DNA of 64,000 nt from Candidatus Marinacidobacterales bacterium (GTDB taxonomy: Bacteria; Acidobacteriota; Vicinamibacteria; Marinacidobacterales; SMYC01): positions 2,240,001 through 2,304,000 of the forward strand of contig OZ250169.1 of the NCBI GenBank assembly GCA_965237955.1, given 5' to 3'. The notes beneath the pieces are model-generated. The model was given only the letters and a program-made list of their open reading frames with translations. It was not told where the DNA came from and searched no databases. The first letter of the stretch is position 1, and the number at the start of each line of letters is the position of its first letter. The translations under genes and the position numbers were made by a program. Below are positions 61,262 to 64,000 of this stretch, piece by piece.

Positions 61262-62375
61262 GCTGGTAGAGCTCGAGATAAGCTCGAATCGCAGCTTCAG
61301 GACGAAACTCTCGCTCGATGCGATCCCGCGTTATCTTGGACGAGCGTTTCCCCCGCTCGAGCTCGGTTCGGATCACTTTCGCGAGCGGCTCGATTTGTTC
61401 TCGGGGAACGACGCGCACATCGTCCGGAAAAAGCTCGCTGAGCTCTACGCCGCCTGGATGGTCCGCGGACACGACGCGCAGACCGGAAGCGAGCGCTTCG
61501 GCAGCGACCGTCGGGAACGCTTCGAGCCGCGACGGCAGCACGAACAGATCCGCCGCGTGGTAGTACCGCGGAAGCTCGCGGTTGTCGACGAGACCCAAAA
61601 GCGTCACCGCGTCGGAAACTCCGAGTTCGTTAATCAGGCGCTCGAGCTCGGAACGCGACTCGCCATCGCCTGCAATCGCGAGCTTCGCGTCGGGAAACTT
61701 GCTGAGGACCGCCGGCATCGCCTCGATGGCGTAGCGTTGACCGGCGAGTGGATGAAGTCTCTTCACGTTGAGAAGTAGGGGGCCCTCGATACCGAGAGAG
61801 CGTCTCGCTTCGGCGCGCTCTGCGTCTGTCGGTGCGCGGAACCGAGAATCCACTGGCGGGTAGACGACGGCGCTCCGCTTCGGAATCACCCCGAGCTCGA
61901 TGGAACGCTCGAGCAACAACCGGCTGTAGAACGTGACGTGTGCAGCGTTCTCGTTCATCCACAAGAACGGGTCGATACGGCGCAGGCGACGCGGCGTGTA
62001 GTGCCATATCTCGGTCCCGTAGTGGGTGAGCAGGAAGGGTAGACCTCCGCGATAGGCCAGTGCCGCTGCGACTTGATTCATGAACGTGTTCGAGTGCACG
62101 TGCACGACGTCGACATCCTGAAACGCATCTTTGGCTTTCGCGCGCACCGAGAGCCACGTCTCGAGTTGGGTCAGGCGCAGCTTGCGACTGAGACCGTTAC
62201 GGGGTTTGCGAATGTAGTGAACGGTCTTGTTCGTCGGCTCGCCCGCTCGGGGCTCGAACGCCATGAGACGCACTTCATGCCCCCGTTCCACGAGTCCGTC
62301 GTGCAACAGTTGCGGCAACAGCGCGTTCGCCGCTTGATCGGGCGGGAGGTGGGGCGTGACCATGCAGATCTTCAC
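61248..62375 (-). CDS. Glycosyltransferase family 4
   Basis: THYGTE, VKRLHPLAG, PSRLEAFPTVAAEALASG. Confidence 0.9.
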   Translation of the reverse strand: MKICMVTPHLPPDQAANALLPQLLHDGLVERGHEVRLMAFEPRAGEPTNKTVHYIRKPRNGLSRKLRLTQLETWLSVRAKAKDAFQDVDVVHVHSNTFMNQVAAALAYRGGLPFLLTHYGTEIWHYTPRRLRRIDPFLWMNENAAHVTFYSRLLLERSIELGVIPKRSAVVYPPVDSRFRAPTDAERAEARRSLGIEGPLLLNVKRLHPLAGQRYAIEAMPAVLSKFPDAKLAIAGDGESRSELERLINELGVSDAVTLLGLVDNRELPRYYHAADLFVLPSRLEAFPTVAAEALASGLRVVSADHPGGVELSELFPDDVRVVPREQIEPLAKVIRTELERGKRSSKITRDRIEREFRPEAAIRAYLELYQHARD

Positions 62376-63322
62376 GCGGCCACCCACTTGTCACGGAACT
62401 CGTGGAAGGTCGAGCCGACGGCGCCGTTTTCGGTCAGATAGGAAAGAAGCGTTTCGAGCTCACGGTAAAACGTCTCGACTTGCTCCTCCGTCTGGTTGTA
62501 GGGACTTCCACCGGCCAGGAGCTCGCTCGAGTGGAAGATGATGTTGGCCGTCGGGGCCTCCCCATCGAGCACGCGGCGCGCGAGAAGGAGCATGTCTTCG
62601 GTTTTGGAGTACGACGGTCGCAGCCAAATGGGCCGCGTGATCTTCAAGAGCCGAAGCGCGCGGCGAAACTGGTAAGCACTGGTGACATCGGCATAAGCCT
62701 TCTCGAGCCACCGCGGCCACTTGCGATCGAGAGCGCTGGTAATCGGTATCTCGAGGAGCCGACTCTCGCCCGCGACGCGGGGATCGTCACCGCTCACGAA
62801 ATAGGGAACGAGCGGCGCGCCTGCGAACGACGGGCCGCCTTTGCGCTTTTCGTTGAAGAACGGATCGACGCTCGAGTCGACGAGATAGCCGAGCTCTTCG
62901 AGGATGGCCACTTGCCAACCGGTGAACCCGTTCCGTCCCGCGCGGTACGAGACCGGCGCCGTCCCCGACACTTCGCTCACCGCTTCGGTAAGCACCTTCA
63001 GCTGCTCTTTGAACTGCGTGGGCGAGAGGTTCAGCGGGTAGAGGTGCCCGTTCACGGCAGGCGGCGTCGACCACGGGTGGTGGTGGGTCGCGATTTCGCA
63101 CCGACCGGTGGCGGCGAGCTCTTTCAACACGCCGCGAGCGCCGTCGTCTTTGGCCATCTCGTAGGTGACGAGATAGGTCGGCGGCACGCGGTATCGATCG
63201 CAAACTTCCTGGAGCCGGGGGAGCTGGTACGCGTTTTTCACCGGGAGAGCCTCGCGCGCGGATGCGTCCCACTGGTTGTCCGCCTCGGTATCGACCCCGA
63301 GAAGGACGTGCGCCTTCATCAC
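62372..63322 (-). CDS. Polysaccharide deacetylase (WalW-like)
   Basis: VDTEAD, HHHPW, YRAGR, VDSSV, FHSSEL. Confidence 0.85.
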   Translation of the reverse strand: MMKAHVLLGVDTEADNQWDASAREALPVKNAYQLPRLQEVCDRYRVPPTYLVTYEMAKDDGARGVLKELAATGRCEIATHHHPWSTPPAVNGHLYPLNLSPTQFKEQLKVLTEAVSEVSGTAPVSYRAGRNGFTGWQVAILEELGYLVDSSVDPFFNEKRKGGPSFAGAPLVPYFVSGDDPRVAGESRLLEIPITSALDRKWPRWLEKAYADVTSAYQFRRALRLLKITRPIWLRPSYSKTEDMLLLARRVLDGEAPTANIIFHSSELLAGGSPYNQTEEQVETFYRELETLLSYLTENGAVGSTFHEFRDKWVAA

Positions 63323-64000
63323 GCTTCTCGATCCTGATCCGAGTCGCCGAAGCTGACGTGCCAGCGCGATGTGTCCCGGAAGAAAAGCTCGTCGACGTGG
63401 TCGCTATGGATGCGAACGCAAAACTGCATCGGGCTCTCGATGCGCATGAATCCCTTGCTCGCGAGCCGCGCCTGAAGCCTGCGATCGAACGTGAACGTTT
63501 GCATGCGGGCGGCTTCGTTGTCACCCGCCCACGAGAACGCGTGGTCGAGGAGCGAGCCTACCGTCGCCTTGTCGTCTGGGTCCGCGAGCAGATCCACCAC
63601 GAGTGCTAGCTTCAAACCGTTTCGTTCGGTGGCGCGCAGCACGACGTAGCCGGTGAGCACACCATCCTTGCGAGCCTCGAAGATATCGTAGCTGATATGC
63701 GGCACTTTACGGTACTTCCACTCGAGATAGTGAGCGCTCCGCTCGGCAATGAAGTCGTACGCCGGGGCCACACGCTCCCACAGAGCGTCGTACTCCGGAC
63801 CGAACGGCTCTGCCGCCCGGCCGACGTCCACGGTGTCGCCGCGGCCCTTGGTATCGCTACGGCGCCTCGGAAACACGAGCCACAAAAAGAGCTTCGCCAG
63901 GGGTGCAGCCACGGCGGCCGCCGTAGAATTGGCACCGAAGCGCCGCTCGAGAAGAGCGCCGACGTCCACGACCGCCGAGTAGCACGGCACCGGACCGACA
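63319..64000 (-). CDS. GNAT-like acetyltransferase, 5' part outside window
   Basis: RSAHYLEWKY...GYVVLR...VVDLL pattern; operon context. Confidence 0.7.
   Translation of the reverse strand, partial: VGPVPCYSAVVDVGALLERRFGANSTAAAVAAPLAKLFLWLVFPRRRSDTKGRGDTVDVGRAAEPFGPEYDALWERVAPAYDFIAERSAHYLEWKYRKVPHISYDIFEARKDGVLTGYVVLRATERNGLKLALVVDLLADPDDKATVGSLLDHAFSWAGDNEAARMQTFTFDRRLQARLASKGFMRIESPMQFCVRIHSDHVDELFFRDTSRWHVSFGDSDQDREA

Noticed and set aside
1-64000. CRISPR array, rRNA, prophage or integrase
   Set aside because: No regularly spaced repeats, rRNA-like sequence, phage genes or tyrosine/serine integrase seen.

Overview
GC-rich bacterial chromosome segment, probably Acidobacteriota (inferred from an ADOP-type permease remnant). 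Layout: (1) 1-23.8 kb: intact housekeeping genes (proS, rsgA, proBA, metC) mixed with many frameshifted or internally deleted catabolic and periplasmic gene remnants. It also holds an ArsM-like methyltransferase with an in-frame UGA at a conserved Cys position followed by a SECIS-like hairpin (probable selenoprotein). (2) 23.9-43.1 kb: an intact 19-kb operon joining a PUFA-synthase-type PKS (pfaD-pfaA-pfaBC) to oleABCD olefin genes, downstream of tRNA-Arg(ACG), with an IS200 remnant and a MITE between them. (3) An intact IS110 element splitting an isoaspartyl peptidase/asparaginase gene; its 5' non-coding region is structured and carries near-exact copies of both insertion junctions (bridge/seek-RNA signature). 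(4) tRNA-Glu(CTC), a broken ~950-aa orphan gene and a broken membrane spermidine-synthase fusion. (5) An IS630 element whose ends match two 133-bp MITE copies elsewhere in the window. (6) An intact glycosyltransferase/methyltransferase operon running off the right edge. No CRISPR array or rRNA seen. All family calls come from motif recognition by eye, not database searches.
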